Notes: generated by a model not told the origin, from the sequence alone. Shown: positions 34,021 through 44,221, counted from the first letter of the stretch. The stretch is DNA of 64,000 bases from Clostridia bacterium (GCA_017533565.1 JAFXHU010000018.1:63388-127387), one strand, 5' to 3'. Translations and numbers: made by a program.

Positions 34021-36312
34021 ATGAGAATGCAAATTTGTGCCAGATGTAAAAAAAGACCCGCAATGGTTTTTATAACACGTCTGGATAACGGAAAATCTAT
34101 TAACGAGGGACTGTGTCTTTTTTGTGCCAAGGAGCTTGGCATACAGCCCGTAAACGATATGCTTCGTAAAATGGGCGTTGACGACGAGGATATGGATAAT
34201 ATACTCTCGGATATTGAAAACGGACTTCCCGAGTTTTTTGAGTCGGAGGACGGCGACCTTCCCGACGGAAACATTCCCACGCTGAATATCGGTGAGCTTT
34301 TCGGTATGGGCGACGGCTCGGATAAAAAGCGCGGAAGGGGAAAGCGCGGAAGGGGAAAGGACGCTCCGATTGACGAAAGCAAGAAAAATCTTTCCACCTA
34401 CTGTACCAATCTCAATCAGAAGGCTATCGACGGAAAAATCGATTCCCTGATAGGACGGGATAGGGAAATTGACCGCATAATCCAAATACTTTGCCGCAGG
34501 CAAAAGAACAATCCCTGCCTTATCGGCGAGCCGGGCGTTGGAAAAACCGCAATCGCGGAGGAGCTTGCAAAGCGCATCGTGGAGGGCAGAGTTCCCGCCG
34601 CGCTTACGGGCTTTGAAATTTGGATGCTCGACCTTACCTCCCTCGTTGCGGGAACGCAGTTCCGCGGACAGTTTGAATCGCGTATTCTCGCGCTTTTGAA
34701 GGAAATAAAGGCGGCGGGAAATATCATTCTTATGATTGACGAGGTTCACAATATCGCGGGTGCGGGTGAAACCTCGGACGGAAGTATGAGTGCCGCAAAC
34801 CTCTTAAAGCCTGCGCTTTCACGCGGAGAAATAAGAGTAATCGGCGCAACCACGCTTAAGGAATACAGAAAGCATATCGAAAAGGACAGCGCGCTTGAAA
34901 GAAGATTTCAGCCCGTGAAGGTGGAGGAGCCTTCGGTTGACGAAACGGTTGATATTATTAAGGGAATAAAGAAGTATTACGAGGCGTTTCACGGGCTTCG
35001 TATTACCGATGACGTTGCCCGCGCAGCCGCAATCCTTTCGGAAAAGTATATAACCGACAGGTTTTTGCCCGATAAGGCAATCGACCTTATCGACGAGGCA
35101 TCGAGCCGCGTCGCACTTGACAGCCCCGAGCTTAACGAGCATAAGCAGCTTACCGCACGCCTTGAAAAGGTGAATAAGGCAATGGCTGAAATGGAGGCTA
35201 CACTTGAAAAGCCCGAGGGTCAAACCGAGGAAAATTACGGAGCAATCGCCTCGCTCAAATCCGAGAGAATGCGTATTGAAACGCGGCTCGGTGAAATAGA
35301 CTCTGCGGTGAAAAATCTTACCGTTACCGTATCCGACCTTTTGAAGGTTATCGAAATCTGGACGGGAATCCCCGCTACGGAGCTTTCGGTAGGCGACCTT
35401 GAAAACCTCACGGGGCTTTACGAAAGGCTTTCGCGCCACATAATCGGACAGGAGAAGGCGGTTTCCGCCGTTGTCCGTGCCGTAAAACGGAAAAGAGCGG
35501 GCGTTTCCTATCGCACAAATCCCGTTTCTATGATTTTTGCAGGACCTACGGGAGTCGGTAAAACCGAGCTTGTGCGCGTGCTCGCACAGGATTTGTTTAA
35601 GCAGCCCGAATCGCTCATAAGGCTTGATATGTCGGAGTTTATGGAAAAGCACTCGGTATCGCGAATTATCGGCTCGCCTCCCGGCTACGTCGGCTACGAC
35701 GAGGCAGGACAGCTTACCGAAAAAATAAGGCGCAGACCCTACTCGGTAGTCCTCTTTGACGAAATTGAAAAGGCGCACCCCGACGTGCTTAATATCCTTC
35801 TTCAAATTCTTGACGACGGACGTATTACCGACTCACAGGGCAGAGAAATCAACTTCTCCAATACCATAATCGTAATGACCACCAACGCGGGAAGCGAGCG
35901 CTCGAATGCGGTAAGCGGATTTACAACCGACCGACAGGTGCAAACCGAGGACAGAGTGGAAAAGGCACTCCTCAAATTCCTCCGTCCCGAGTTTATAAAC
36001 CGCATCGACGAAATAATCACCTTCCGCCATCTTGAAATTCCCGACTTCGAGCGCATTGCGGAAATAATGCTCGGTAAGCTGAAGGACCACCTGGTTGAGA
36101 AGGGCATAGCCTTGACCTATACCGCACCCGTTTTGAAGTATATCGCCGAAAGCTCCTATTCCGAAAAATACGGAGCGAGAAATATGCGAAGATTTATCGA
36201 GAAAAACGTGGAGGATGAAATTGCGGAGCTGCTTATATCCGCATACCCGAATCCCATCGTCGGTATAGCTATGAGCATATCGGAGGGGAAAATTAAATTC
36301 AATACAATTTAA
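34021..36312 (+). CDS. Clp/Hsp100 double-AAA+ ATPase with an N-terminal zinc-ribbon (ClpE-like)
   Basis: N-terminus CARCKK...x21...CLFCAKELG (CxxC...CxxC), no Clp_N repeats. Two Walker A sites (GEPGVGKT and GPTGVGKT). A KRGRGKRGRGK linker is present. Confidence 0.85.
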   Translation: MRMQICARCKKRPAMVFITRLDNGKSINEGLCLFCAKELGIQPVNDMLRKMGVDDEDMDNILSDIENGLPEFFESEDGDLPDGNIPTLNIGELFGMGDGSDKKRGRGKRGRGKDAPIDESKKNLSTYCTNLNQKAIDGKIDSLIGRDREIDRIIQILCRRQKNNPCLIGEPGVGKTAIAEELAKRIVEGRVPAALTGFEIWMLDLTSLVAGTQFRGQFESRILALLKEIKAAGNIILMIDEVHNIAGAGETSDGSMSAANLLKPALSRGEIRVIGATTLKEYRKHIEKDSALERRFQPVKVEEPSVDETVDIIKGIKKYYEAFHGLRITDDVARAAAILSEKYITDRFLPDKAIDLIDEASSRVALDSPELNEHKQLTARLEKVNKAMAEMEATLEKPEGQTEENYGAIASLKSERMRIETRLGEIDSAVKNLTVTVSDLLKVIEIWTGIPATELSVGDLENLTGLYERLSRHIIGQEKAVSAVVRAVKRKRAGVSYRTNPVSMIFAGPTGVGKTELVRVLAQDLFKQPESLIRLDMSEFMEKHSVSRIIGSPPGYVGYDEAGQLTEKIRRRPYSVVLFDEIEKAHPDVLNILLQILDDGRITDSQGREINFSNTIIVMTTNAGSERSNAVSGFTTDRQVQTEDRVEKALLKFLRPEFINRIDEIITFRHLEIPDFERIAEIMLGKLKDHLVEKGIALTYTAPVLKYIAESSYSEKYGARNMRRFIEKNVEDEIAELLISAYPNPIVGIAMSISEGKIKFNTI

Positions 36313-36332
36313 TCATTTTAGGAGTATAAAAA

Positions 36333-37151
36333 ATGGCAGAATGTTCACATGATTGCTCAAACTGTTCCTCAAAATGCAGCAAGGCGGACCTCCTTGCACC
36401 TATGAACAGCGCGAGCAAGGTAAAGAAGGTTATCGGCGTAGTAAGCGGAAAGGGCGGAGTCGGAAAATCTCTCGTAACCTCTATGCTTGCCGTTACTATG
36501 CAAAGACGCGGCTATAAGGCGGCTATACTTGACGCCGATATTACGGGTCCCTCAATACCGAAGGCATTCGGACTCGGCTGCGGAATAATCGAGGGAAGCG
36601 AGCTTGGAATGTTTCCCGCGCTTACCAAAACGGGTATCGAGGTTATGAGCGTAAATCTCCTTCTCGACGACGCATCAAAGCCCGTCGTATGGCGCGGACC
36701 CGTTATTGCGGGTACTGTAAAGCAGTTCTGGTCGGAGGTCGTTTGGAACGAGGTTGACTATATGTTCGTCGATATGCCTCCGGGAACGGGCGACGTGCCG
36801 CTTACCGTTTTCCAAAGCCTTCCGCTTGACGGCATTATAATTGTAACCAGCCCGCAGGACCTCGTATCTCTTATCGTTGAAAAGGTGGTAAATATGGCAA
36901 AGCTTATGGATATAAAGGTTCTCGGCCTCGTTGAAAACTACAGCTATATCGTTTGCCCCGACTGCGGAAAGGTTATCCGCCCCTACGGAGAAAGCAAAAT
37001 CAACGCTCTCGCCGAGAGCTACGGCACAAGCGTGCTTGCACAGCTTCCCATCGACCCCGAGCTTGCCTCCCATTGCGACAAGGGCGTTATAGAGCTTTTT
37101 GAGGGCGACTATATGGAGCGTGCCTGCGACTTTATCGAGAAAAACGCGTAA
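36333..37151 (+). CDS. Mrp/NBP35/ApbC-family Fe-S cluster carrier ATPase
   Basis: Cys-rich N-terminus (CSHDCSNCSSKC), deviant Walker A (GKGGVGKS) and a CPDCG motif. Confidence 0.88.
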   Translation: MAECSHDCSNCSSKCSKADLLAPMNSASKVKKVIGVVSGKGGVGKSLVTSMLAVTMQRRGYKAAILDADITGPSIPKAFGLGCGIIEGSELGMFPALTKTGIEVMSVNLLLDDASKPVVWRGPVIAGTVKQFWSEVVWNEVDYMFVDMPPGTGDVPLTVFQSLPLDGIIIVTSPQDLVSLIVEKVVNMAKLMDIKVLGLVENYSYIVCPDCGKVIRPYGESKINALAESYGTSVLAQLPIDPELASHCDKGVIELFEGDYMERACDFIEKNA

Positions 37152-37232
37152 TTTTTCCGTTTTCGCTATTTGGTTCGAAAAATTCAACGTGCGGTATTAG
37201 CTCCCGCCATAACGGTAACCGAATGACATAAA

Positions 37233-37271
37233 ATCTCCTTGCTAATGCAGGGAGATTTTTTATTTTTGCAC
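37233..37271 (+). terminator. rho-independent terminator after mrp
   Basis: ATCTCCTTGC (37233-37242) pairs with GCAGGGAGAT (37247-37256, one G-U pair) across the loop TAAT. It is followed by TTTTTTATTTTT. Confidence 0.8.
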
Positions 37272-37277
37272 CCGTTT

Positions 37278-37311
37278 TTTGACAAAATATTTGGTTTCCT
37301 TGTGCTACAAT
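37278..37311 (+). promoter_or_regulatory. spoIIGA-sigE promoter with an over-long spacer and an embedded 0A-box-like element
   Basis: TTGACA (37279-37284), a 21-nt spacer, then TGcTACAAT (37303-37311). TTTGACAAA (37278-37286) is the reverse complement of TTTGTCAAA, which fits TTTGTCRAA. Confidence 0.55.
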
Positions 37312-37322
37312 AGTAGCGTGAG

Positions 37323-38192
37323 GTGATTGAATTGCGGACTTTTTATATTGACGTGTATTTTTTGATAAATTTTACGGTGGATATTCTCGCCCTTTACGTA
37401 TCGGTTAGGGTGCTTCACGCACCCGCAAAAATGCACAGGCTCGTTATCGCCGCGCTTCTCGGTGCCGCGGTTTCGGTTGCGGATGCGTTTTTATACGCTC
37501 TGCCGCTTTTGCGTGCGCTTTTGTTTGCGGCAAGCCTTCTTTTTTGCTCGTTAATCGTGATGCGGGCGTCGGGGGTGCGACGAAGAATTAAGCTTATTGC
37601 CGTGTTTTTCACGGTGGAGCTTTTGCTCGGCGGTGCGGTAAGCTTTTTTTATTCCGCCCTTGACGGAGTATTCGTCTCGCTTGGGTTAACGGGCGAGGGC
37701 GTTGAAAACCGAAAGGCTCTCATTCTTGCGGTTTTGGTTTTATTTTCAATAGGTATAATAAGGTTGCTGATTATGATATTTACAGATATTTTGGGAGAAA
37801 AAAGCGTGCGGGTCAGCATTACAGTTGCCGATACTACGGTGGAGGTGGAGGCTATGCTCGACAGCGGAAATCTCGTCAAGGACCCGATGAATATGCATCC
37901 GGTTTTGTTTATAAAGCCGACGCTTGCCCTGCGCCTTGTGCCACGGTGCGTCGCGGAGCTTAACGACCTTGACCTGCTTGACAACGATTACAGAAAGCGT
38001 ATAAGGCTTATTCCCGTGACACGGGTCGGGGGTACGCACGTAATGACGGGTGTGCGGGCGGATAAGGTCGTCGTCACGAGGGGCGGCGTGAGCGAGGAAA
38101 TTGAATTTACCGTTGCAATCGATAAGGAAGGGGGTACCTACGGTGGCTACGAGGCTCTTTTGCCAATCGCCGTAATCAGAGATGCTTTTTAA
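37323..38192 (+). CDS. spoIIGA: sigma-E processing aspartic protease SpoIIGA
   Basis: [19 protein letters not shown]-terminus, five TM helices, the protease motif MLDSGN and a position directly upstream of sigE. The start is either GTG 37323 or TTG 37332. Confidence 0.88.
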   Translation: MIELRTFYIDVYFLINFTVDILALYVSVRVLHAPAKMHRLVIAALLGAAVSVADAFLYALPLLRALLFAASLLFCSLIVMRASGVRRRIKLIAVFFTVELLLGGAVSFFYSALDGVFVSLGLTGEGVENRKALILAVLVLFSIGIIRLLIMIFTDILGEKSVRVSITVADTTVEVEAMLDSGNLVKDPMNMHPVLFIKPTLALRLVPRCVAELNDLDLLDNDYRKRIRLIPVTRVGGTHVMTGVRADKVVVTRGGVSEEIEFTVAIDKEGGTYGGYEALLPIAVIRDAF

Positions 38193-38895
38193 ATGGCTTA
38201 AAGGAATAAGAACGAGGATTAGATGCTTTTTTCTGAAAAGGGCGCGCATTAACGGACTTTATTATATCAACGGCAACGACACGCTCCCTCCGCCGCTTCC
38301 GCCCGAGGTTGAGGAGGAGTTGATTGCCCGTATAGACACCCACGAGGCAAGGTGTATTTTGGTTGAGCATAACCTTCGCCTTGTCGCGTATATCGCAAAG
38401 CGGTTTGAAAATACGGGCGCAAATATTGAGGAGCTGATTTCAATCGGCACGCTCGGGCTTATGAAGGCGGTATCAACCTTTAACAAGGATAAAAACATCA
38501 AGCTTGCAACCTACGCCTCCCGCTGTATAGAAAACGAAATACTTATGTTTTTAAGGAAAAGCTCAACGCAAAGGCGGGAAATATCAATCGACGAGCCGCT
38601 TACGGTGTATTTGGACGGAAACGAGCTTCTGCTCTCGTATATTCTCGGAAGCGACTCCGACGTCGTATCGCGCGAAATGGAGGAGGACGAGGAAAGACGC
38701 CTTCTTCGTGAGGCGGTAAACGAGCTTAGCCCGCGCGAGCGAGTTATCATTGAAATGAGGTTTGGACTTTCGGGAGGCGAGGAAATGACGCAAAAGGAGG
38801 TTGCCGACGCGCTCGGAATTTCGCAAAGCTACATATCACGCCTTGAAAAACGGATAATGGAAAGGCTCAAAAAACGGCTTGCAACCGTAATTTAA
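38182..38895 (+). CDS. sigE: pro-sigma-E (sporulation sigma factor SigE)
   Basis: A pro-sequence followed by [47 protein letters not shown] and [16 protein letters not shown]. These are near-identical in pattern to Bacillus SigE. Confidence 0.93.
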   Translation: MLFKWLKGIRTRIRCFFLKRARINGLYYINGNDTLPPPLPPEVEEELIARIDTHEARCILVEHNLRLVAYIAKRFENTGANIEELISIGTLGLMKAVSTFNKDKNIKLATYASRCIENEILMFLRKSSTQRREISIDEPLTVYLDGNELLLSYILGSDSDVVSREMEEDEERRLLREAVNELSPRERVIIEMRFGLSGGEEMTQKEVADALGISQSYISRLEKRIMERLKKRLATVI

Positions 38896-38945
38896 CCCGT
38901 TTTTTTCGTCGGTAAAAAATATTTTCGGAATTTTGTAAAAAACAC

Positions 38946-38974
38946 TTGCAAAATAAATAAAAGTGTGTTATAAT
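38946..38974 (+). promoter_or_regulatory. sigma-A promoter of rpmE
   Basis: TTGCAA (38946-38951), a 17-nt spacer, then TATAAT (38969-38974) with a TGt extension. Confidence 0.7.
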
Positions 38975-39016
38975 AGGTCGCAATGAAAAGAATCCAATTT
39001 AAGAAGAGGTGTTAAA

Positions 39017-39223
39017 ATGAAGAACGGTATTCATCCCGAGTACAAAGCGGCTACCATCAGATGTGCTTGTGGTGCAAGCGTTGAGACTCACTCCGTAAAG
39101 GGTGATATGAACGTTGAAATCTGCTCCAAGTGCCATCCTTTTTATACAGGTAAGCAGAAATTCGTAGATGCCGGCGGACGCGTTGATAAGTTCAAGAAGC
39201 GTCTTGCAAAGGTGCAGAAGTAA
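39017..39223 (+). CDS. rpmE: 50S ribosomal protein L31 (Cys-containing type A)
   Basis: MKNGIHPEY...[13 protein letters not shown]. Confidence 0.97.
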   Translation: MKNGIHPEYKAATIRCACGASVETHSVKGDMNVEICSKCHPFYTGKQKFVDAGGRVDKFKKRLAKVQK

Positions 39224-39235
39224 TCCTTGCTTAAA

Positions 39236-39270
39236 AAGAGCGTCGGTATTCCCACGCTCTTTTTATTTTT
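39236..39270 (+). terminator. rho-independent terminator after rpmE
   Basis: AGAGCGT (39237-39243) pairs with ACGCTCT (39254-39260). It is followed by TTTTATTTTT. Confidence 0.75.
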
Positions 39271-39282
39271 CTTGGAGGTGTT

Positions 39283-40539
39283 ATGTCAGAAATGAATGAA
39301 ACACGGGCAATTCTCGTCACCGTTGCCGAAAGAGGCACGGACGTGCCCGAATGTGAGCGAAGCCTTGACGAGCTTGAGCGACTTCTCGAAACCGCGGGAG
39401 GAAGCTGCTTTGCGAAAATTATACAGGTAAAGGAGTCCTTCGACCCCCGCACCTGCATCGGAAAGGGAAAGGTTACCGAAATCAAGGAGCTTTGCGAGGC
39501 AAACGGTATCGACCTCGTTATCTTTGATTTTGAGCTTACGCCCGCACAAATACGAAATCTTGAAAACGATATTGGCGTAGCCTCGGTTATCGACCGAAGC
39601 ATGCTTATTCTCGATATATTCGCGCTTCACGCAACCTCGGGCGAGGGAAAGCTGCAGGTTGAATTGGCACAGCTGAAGTATTCCGCGCCCCGACTTATCG
39701 GAAAGGGAAGCGAGCTTTCCCGCCAGGGCGGTGGAATAGGCACTCGCGGACCCGGTGAAAGCAAGCTTGAAACCGACCGCCGCCACCTTCACGAAAGGGT
39801 AGTTGCGCTTGAAAGAAAGCTTGAGGAGCTTGAGGAAAACCGCGCAACCATGCGTCGGCAAAGGGATAAAAGCGGTCTTACGAAGGTTGCGCTCGTCGGC
39901 TATACAAACGCGGGAAAATCCTCGCTTTTAAACAAGCTTACGGGTGCGGACGTCCTCGCACAGGACAAGCTTTTTGCAACCCTTGACCCAACCACGCGAA
40001 AAATGGAGCTTCCCGACGGAGTAAGCATTCTTCTAACCGACACCGTCGGCTTTATACGAAAGCTTCCGCACCATCTCGTAAAGGCGTTTAAGTCAACGCT
40101 TGACGAGGTAAGATACGCCGATATACTGCTTATCGTTTCGGACGCCTCCGACCCCGAGGCACAGGAGCATATAGCGGTTGCGCGCGAGGTAATCTCCGAC
40201 CTTGATTCCTCGGATAAGCCGACCGTTTACGTATATAACAAGTGCGATACTCTCGAAAACGCAGAATACGGAATCAGGGGCGAGGACCGCGTTAACGTGT
40301 CCGCAAAAACGGGCGAGGGAATTGATGGACTGCTCTCGCTTATCGGCGACGTAATTATGCGCACGAAAAGGGTATGCAGGCTTTTGATACCGTATAGCGA
40401 GCAGGGAATTGTCAGCAGCCTTTACAACTCGTACACCGTAAGCTCGGTTGAATATACCGATTCGGGCGTGGAGGTTGTGGCTGTGCTTGACGCACGCGGT
40501 ATGGGGCTGTATGCCGACCTAATAAAGGGGGAGCCGTAA
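39283..40539 (+). CDS. hflX: ribosome-associated GTPase HflX
   Basis: HflX N-domain (LQVELAQLKYSAPRL), G1 motif GYTNAGKSSLLN and DTVGF. Confidence 0.93.
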   Translation: MSEMNETRAILVTVAERGTDVPECERSLDELERLLETAGGSCFAKIIQVKESFDPRTCIGKGKVTEIKELCEANGIDLVIFDFELTPAQIRNLENDIGVASVIDRSMLILDIFALHATSGEGKLQVELAQLKYSAPRLIGKGSELSRQGGGIGTRGPGESKLETDRRHLHERVVALERKLEELEENRATMRRQRDKSGLTKVALVGYTNAGKSSLLNKLTGADVLAQDKLFATLDPTTRKMELPDGVSILLTDTVGFIRKLPHHLVKAFKSTLDEVRYADILLIVSDASDPEAQEHIAVAREVISDLDSSDKPTVYVYNKCDTLENAEYGIRGEDRVNVSAKTGEGIDGLLSLIGDVIMRTKRVCRLLIPYSEQGIVSSLYNSYTVSSVEYTDSGVEVVAVLDARGMGLYADLIKGEP

Positions 40540-40540
40540 A

Positions 40541-41158
40541 ATGCAGGGCTATATCACGGTAAAGCAATACGGCTTTTTCGAATACGAGGACAGAAAATCG
40601 GTTTTTATCGGAGAGGCGGCTCCCGTATCGAGCGAGGCGGAGGCTCTCGCCTTTATCGAGGGCGTAAAGAAAAAGTATCCCGATGCCCGACATCACGTGT
40701 ACGCGTACGTGCTTCGCGATAATTCAATAATGAGGTTTACCGATGACCGCGAGCCGCAGGGAACGGCGGGAATGCCCGTGCTTGACGCAATACGCAAAAA
40801 CGGCTGTACCGATACGGTTATTGTCGTTACTCGCTATTTCGGCGGAACTCTGCTCGGCACGGGCGGTCTTGTCCGTGCGTACTCGGCGGCGGCAATCGGT
40901 GCGTTGAAAAGCGCAGAGATTATCGAATACGACGTGTATTCGGAGCTGACGCTCGAGGTTGATTACTCGGACTATCAAAAAATCCTCCCGATTTTGACAA
41001 AGCGCGGCTTTCGCACGGAGAATTCACGCTTCACCGCCTCGGTGGAGCTTTACGGCACCGTCAAAAAAAGCGAGCTGGAGCTGCTCGCAGATGAGCTTAC
41101 GCAGGCAACGTGCGGAAGAATAAAAACGAAAATTATCGGCGAAAAATTTGCATTTTAA
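40541..41158 (+). CDS. yigZ: IMPACT/YigZ-family protein (UPF0029)
   Basis: Motifs KSVFIGEAAPVSSEAEA, ARHHVYAY and DDREPQGTAGMP. Confidence 0.8.
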   Translation: MQGYITVKQYGFFEYEDRKSVFIGEAAPVSSEAEALAFIEGVKKKYPDARHHVYAYVLRDNSIMRFTDDREPQGTAGMPVLDAIRKNGCTDTVIVVTRYFGGTLLGTGGLVRAYSAAAIGALKSAEIIEYDVYSELTLEVDYSDYQKILPILTKRGFRTENSRFTASVELYGTVKKSELELLADELTQATCGRIKTKIIGEKFAF

Positions 41159-41250
41159 AATTTTTTTCGGCTTTTTTGAAAATAAAAAAGTGTTTTTGAT
41201 GTAATTTCGACTATATTACGTATGAAAGACACGGGAAAGGAGGCAAAGCC

Positions 41251-43017
41251 TTGATAAGCAGAGAAACAATCGAGGAGGTTCTTTTAAGAACCGATATACA
41301 AACCCTAATCGGCGGATACGTCGCGCTCAAGCGCGCAGGCTCTAACGTAAAGGGTCTTTGTCCCTTTCACAGCGAGAAAACGCCCTCCTTTACCGTTTAT
41401 CCCGCGGATAACAGCTTTTATTGCTTCGGCTGCGGAGTTGGCGGAGATGCGATTTCCTTCGTGATGAAGATGGAAAACGTCGATTATCCCGACGCGGTCC
41501 AAATTCTTGCTAAAAGGGCGGGCATTACCGTTATAGATGATAGCAGGGAAAAATATTCAAACGGCCCGAAATTCGATAAAGAGCGTATCTATAAAATGAA
41601 CGTGGATGCCGCGAAATTCTTCAATGCACAGCTTTTTCGGGACAACCCCGATTCCCGCGCGGCGCTTGATTATTTTACAAAGGAGCGCGGACTTTCGCTT
41701 GCTACCGTAAAGCATTTCGGACTCGGCTACGCGCCAAACAGCTACGACGCCTTCTCAAAATATATGCTTTCCCGCGGATATACCTACGAGGAGCTTGTCG
41801 TGGGCTTCCTTGCGGGAAAAAGCGAGCGTGGCGGCTATTACGACGCCTTCCGAAACAGGGTAATGTTCCCGATTATCGACGTTTCGGGCAACGTTATCGC
41901 CTTTGGCGGACGTGTTATGGACGACTCCAAGCCGAAATATAAAAACTCCTCGGATACCCCCGTTTTCAAAAAGCTGCGTAATCTTTTCGCACTGAATTTT
42001 GCACGCCACACCTGCCAGGAAACGATAATCCTGTGCGAAGGGTATATGGACGTTATCGCGCTTCATTCCGCGGGATTTACCAACGCGGTCGCAACCCTCG
42101 GCACGGCAATAACCTCCGAGCAGGCACGGCTTATGAGCAGATATACGAAGCGCGTCTTGATTTGCTATGATGCCGACGAGGCGGGACAAAAGGCGGCACA
42201 GCGCGCACTCGGAATGCTTGAGGAGGTCGGACTTGAGGTTCGCGTTATCTCAATCCCGGGAGCAAAGGACCCCGACGAATACATAAAGAAATACGGCAGG
42301 GACAGGTTTAACGACGTGCTTTCCGCCGCAAAGAGCAAGTTTGAATACAATCTCCAGCGCATACTTTCAAGGTATGACATAAATATTCCGCAACAAAAAA
42401 TAGACGCTATAAAAGACCTCGCTTTTATGATATCCGAGATTTATTCCTCGGCAGAAAGAGATGTATATATCCGCGAGGTTGCACGCAGAATGGGCATCAG
42501 CTACGAAAGCCTAAAGAGCGTTGTTGACAGTCAGGTAAGGAAAAATGCAGAAAACAAGAAAAAGGAGCGCGACCGCAAAATGCAGCAGGAGGCGGTTGGC
42601 TACGGTGACAAGGTTAACCCCGATTACGCCCGCGCCCCCGACATAGCAAAGCACGAGGAGCGCGTGCTTGGCCTTATGCTTCTGTTCCCCGAGCATAGGG
42701 AAAAGGTTTTTCGCGAGGACCTTCTTTGCGAGGAGGATTTCTTTACCGACCTTGGCAAAAATATTTTCAATTTTTTGCGCGAGGCTTGCGAAAACGGGGA
42801 CGAAAGGTTGGTTACTATAAGCGAGAGGTTCACTCCCGAGCAAATGGGGCGTATTGTTGAAATGAAGGCATCTCGAATGCAGCTTGACTCCAACGGAACG
42901 GACGTGCTTCTCGAATGTATTAATAATCTCAAGGCTGCCGTGAGTGAAAAGCGCGGTGAAAACAACAATCCAATGGATAGACTTAACGACCTTCTCAAAA
43001 AGAAGCGCGGCGGTTAA
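41251..43017 (+). CDS. dnaG: DNA primase DnaG
   Basis: TTG start 7 nt after AAGGAGG. Zinc ribbon (CPFHSEKTPSFTV...YCFGCG) and TOPRIM domain (ILCEGYMDVI). Confidence 0.95.
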   Translation: MISRETIEEVLLRTDIQTLIGGYVALKRAGSNVKGLCPFHSEKTPSFTVYPADNSFYCFGCGVGGDAISFVMKMENVDYPDAVQILAKRAGITVIDDSREKYSNGPKFDKERIYKMNVDAAKFFNAQLFRDNPDSRAALDYFTKERGLSLATVKHFGLGYAPNSYDAFSKYMLSRGYTYEELVVGFLAGKSERGGYYDAFRNRVMFPIIDVSGNVIAFGGRVMDDSKPKYKNSSDTPVFKKLRNLFALNFARHTCQETIILCEGYMDVIALHSAGFTNAVATLGTAITSEQARLMSRYTKRVLICYDADEAGQKAAQRALGMLEEVGLEVRVISIPGAKDPDEYIKKYGRDRFNDVLSAAKSKFEYNLQRILSRYDINIPQQKIDAIKDLAFMISEIYSSAERDVYIREVARRMGISYESLKSVVDSQVRKNAENKKKERDRKMQQEAVGYGDKVNPDYARAPDIAKHEERVLGLMLLFPEHREKVFREDLLCEEDFFTDLGKNIFNFLREACENGDERLVTISERFTPEQMGRIVEMKASRMQLDSNGTDVLLECINNLKAAVSEKRGENNNPMDRLNDLLKKKRGG

Positions 43018-43041
43018 GGACTATGAAAGAAAGGTGTTAAA

Positions 43042-44109
43042 ATGAGCAGAGACAAGATTGACGTAAACGAATTTATCGATTCGAAGGGGGAGGGGATTAC
43101 CAACTCCGAGATTATGAACGTGCTGGAGGATATCGATTACGATATCGCCCCCGTTGACATCGACGCGGCAAATCCGCCCGACGACATCGACAGCGAGGAG
43201 TTCAAGGAGCTTGAGGAGGATGCAAAGAATTACGATTCTCCCGAGAATATGGAGAAGATATTTTCGCAGGAGGGGCTTGCTATCGACGACCCCGTGCGTA
43301 TGTATCTCAAGGAAATCGGTAAAATTCCGCTTCTCACACCCGAGCGCGAAAAGTACCTTGCAGAGCAGATTACCCTTGGCAACAAGGCGGCAAAGGACGA
43401 GCTTATCGAGGCAAACCTCCGTCTTGTAGTAAGCATTGCGAAAAGGCACGTCGGAAAGGGAATGTATTTCCTTGACCTTATCCAAGAGGGAAACCTCGGA
43501 CTTATCAAGGCGGTTGAAAAGTTCGATTACAGCAAGGGATATAAGTTCTCCACCTACGCAACCTGGTGGATAAGACAGGCTATTACGAGAGCAATCGCGG
43601 ACCAGGCAAGGACGATAAGAATCCCCGTACATATGGTAGAAACCATACATAAGGTATCGAGAACCGCGCGCCAGCTTTTGCAGGAGCTTGGCAGAGAGCC
43701 TACCACCGACGAGATTGCGGAAAGACTCGGTATGACCGCGGACAAGGTCAGAGAGATTATGAAGATTGCACAGGACCCCGTGTCGCTTGAAACCCCCATC
43801 GGCGAGGAGGAGGGCAGCCATCTTGGGGACTTCGTGGAGGACAACGATTCTCCCGCACCCTCGGAGAGCGCGTCCTATTCTCTTCTGCGCGAGCAGATTA
43901 CCAACATACTCAACACGCTTACCCCGAGAGAGGCGGAGGTTATAAGGCTTCGCTTCGGTCTTGAGGACGGACGTCCGAGGACGCTCGAGGAGGTTGGAAA
44001 GCAGTTTAAGATTACCCGTGAGAGAATCAGACAAATAGAGGCAAAGGCGCTTCGTAAGCTCCGCCACCCCTCAAGATCAAAGCCCTTGCGCGATTATCTT
44101 TCAAATTAA
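43042..44109 (+). CDS. rpoD: primary RNA polymerase sigma factor (RpoD/SigA)
   Basis: Region 2 ([32 protein letters not shown]) and region 4 ([30 protein letters not shown]). Confidence 0.97.
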   Translation: MSRDKIDVNEFIDSKGEGITNSEIMNVLEDIDYDIAPVDIDAANPPDDIDSEEFKELEEDAKNYDSPENMEKIFSQEGLAIDDPVRMYLKEIGKIPLLTPEREKYLAEQITLGNKAAKDELIEANLRLVVSIAKRHVGKGMYFLDLIQEGNLGLIKAVEKFDYSKGYKFSTYATWWIRQAITRAIADQARTIRIPVHMVETIHKVSRTARQLLQELGREPTTDEIAERLGMTADKVREIMKIAQDPVSLETPIGEEEGSHLGDFVEDNDSPAPSESASYSLLREQITNILNTLTPREAEVIRLRFGLEDGRPRTLEEVGKQFKITRERIRQIEAKALRKLRHPSRSKPLRDYLSN

Positions 44110-44131
44110 TACAAAATATGCACAAAATAAT

Positions 44132-44176
44132 ATGCCCGTATATGTTAAAAATGACGTATATGGGCATTTGCTTTTT
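44132..44176 (+). terminator. rho-independent terminator after rpoD
   Basis: A 12-bp stem, ATGCCCGTATAT (44132-44143) with GTATATGGGCAT (44156-44167), including two G-U pairs. It is followed by TTGCTTTTT. Confidence 0.7.
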
Positions 44177-44192
44177 ATAAAGCGAAAAACAC

Positions 44193-44221
44193 TTGACATT
44201 TAGAATAAAATATAGTAAAAT
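44193..44221 (+). promoter_or_regulatory. sigma-A promoter of the lipoprotein gene
   Basis: TTGACA (44193-44198), a 17-nt spacer, then TAAAAT (44216-44221). Confidence 0.65.

Noticed and set aside
34819-35805. A 328-aa minus-strand ORF inside the clpE-like gene. Similar cases are 24588-25364, 39286-39861 and 54794-55597.
   Set aside because: All are antisense to well-supported genes, have low-complexity composition and lack an RBS.
37170-37185. GGTTCGAAA, reminiscent of a tRNA T-arm.
   Set aside because: No acceptor, D or anticodon stems can be drawn around it. It lies in the 3' UTR of mrp, ahead of the terminator.
43021-44067. A 348-aa minus-strand ORF covering all of rpoD.
   Set aside because: It is antisense to an unmistakable primary sigma factor and has no translation signals. 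It is a frame-complement artefact.
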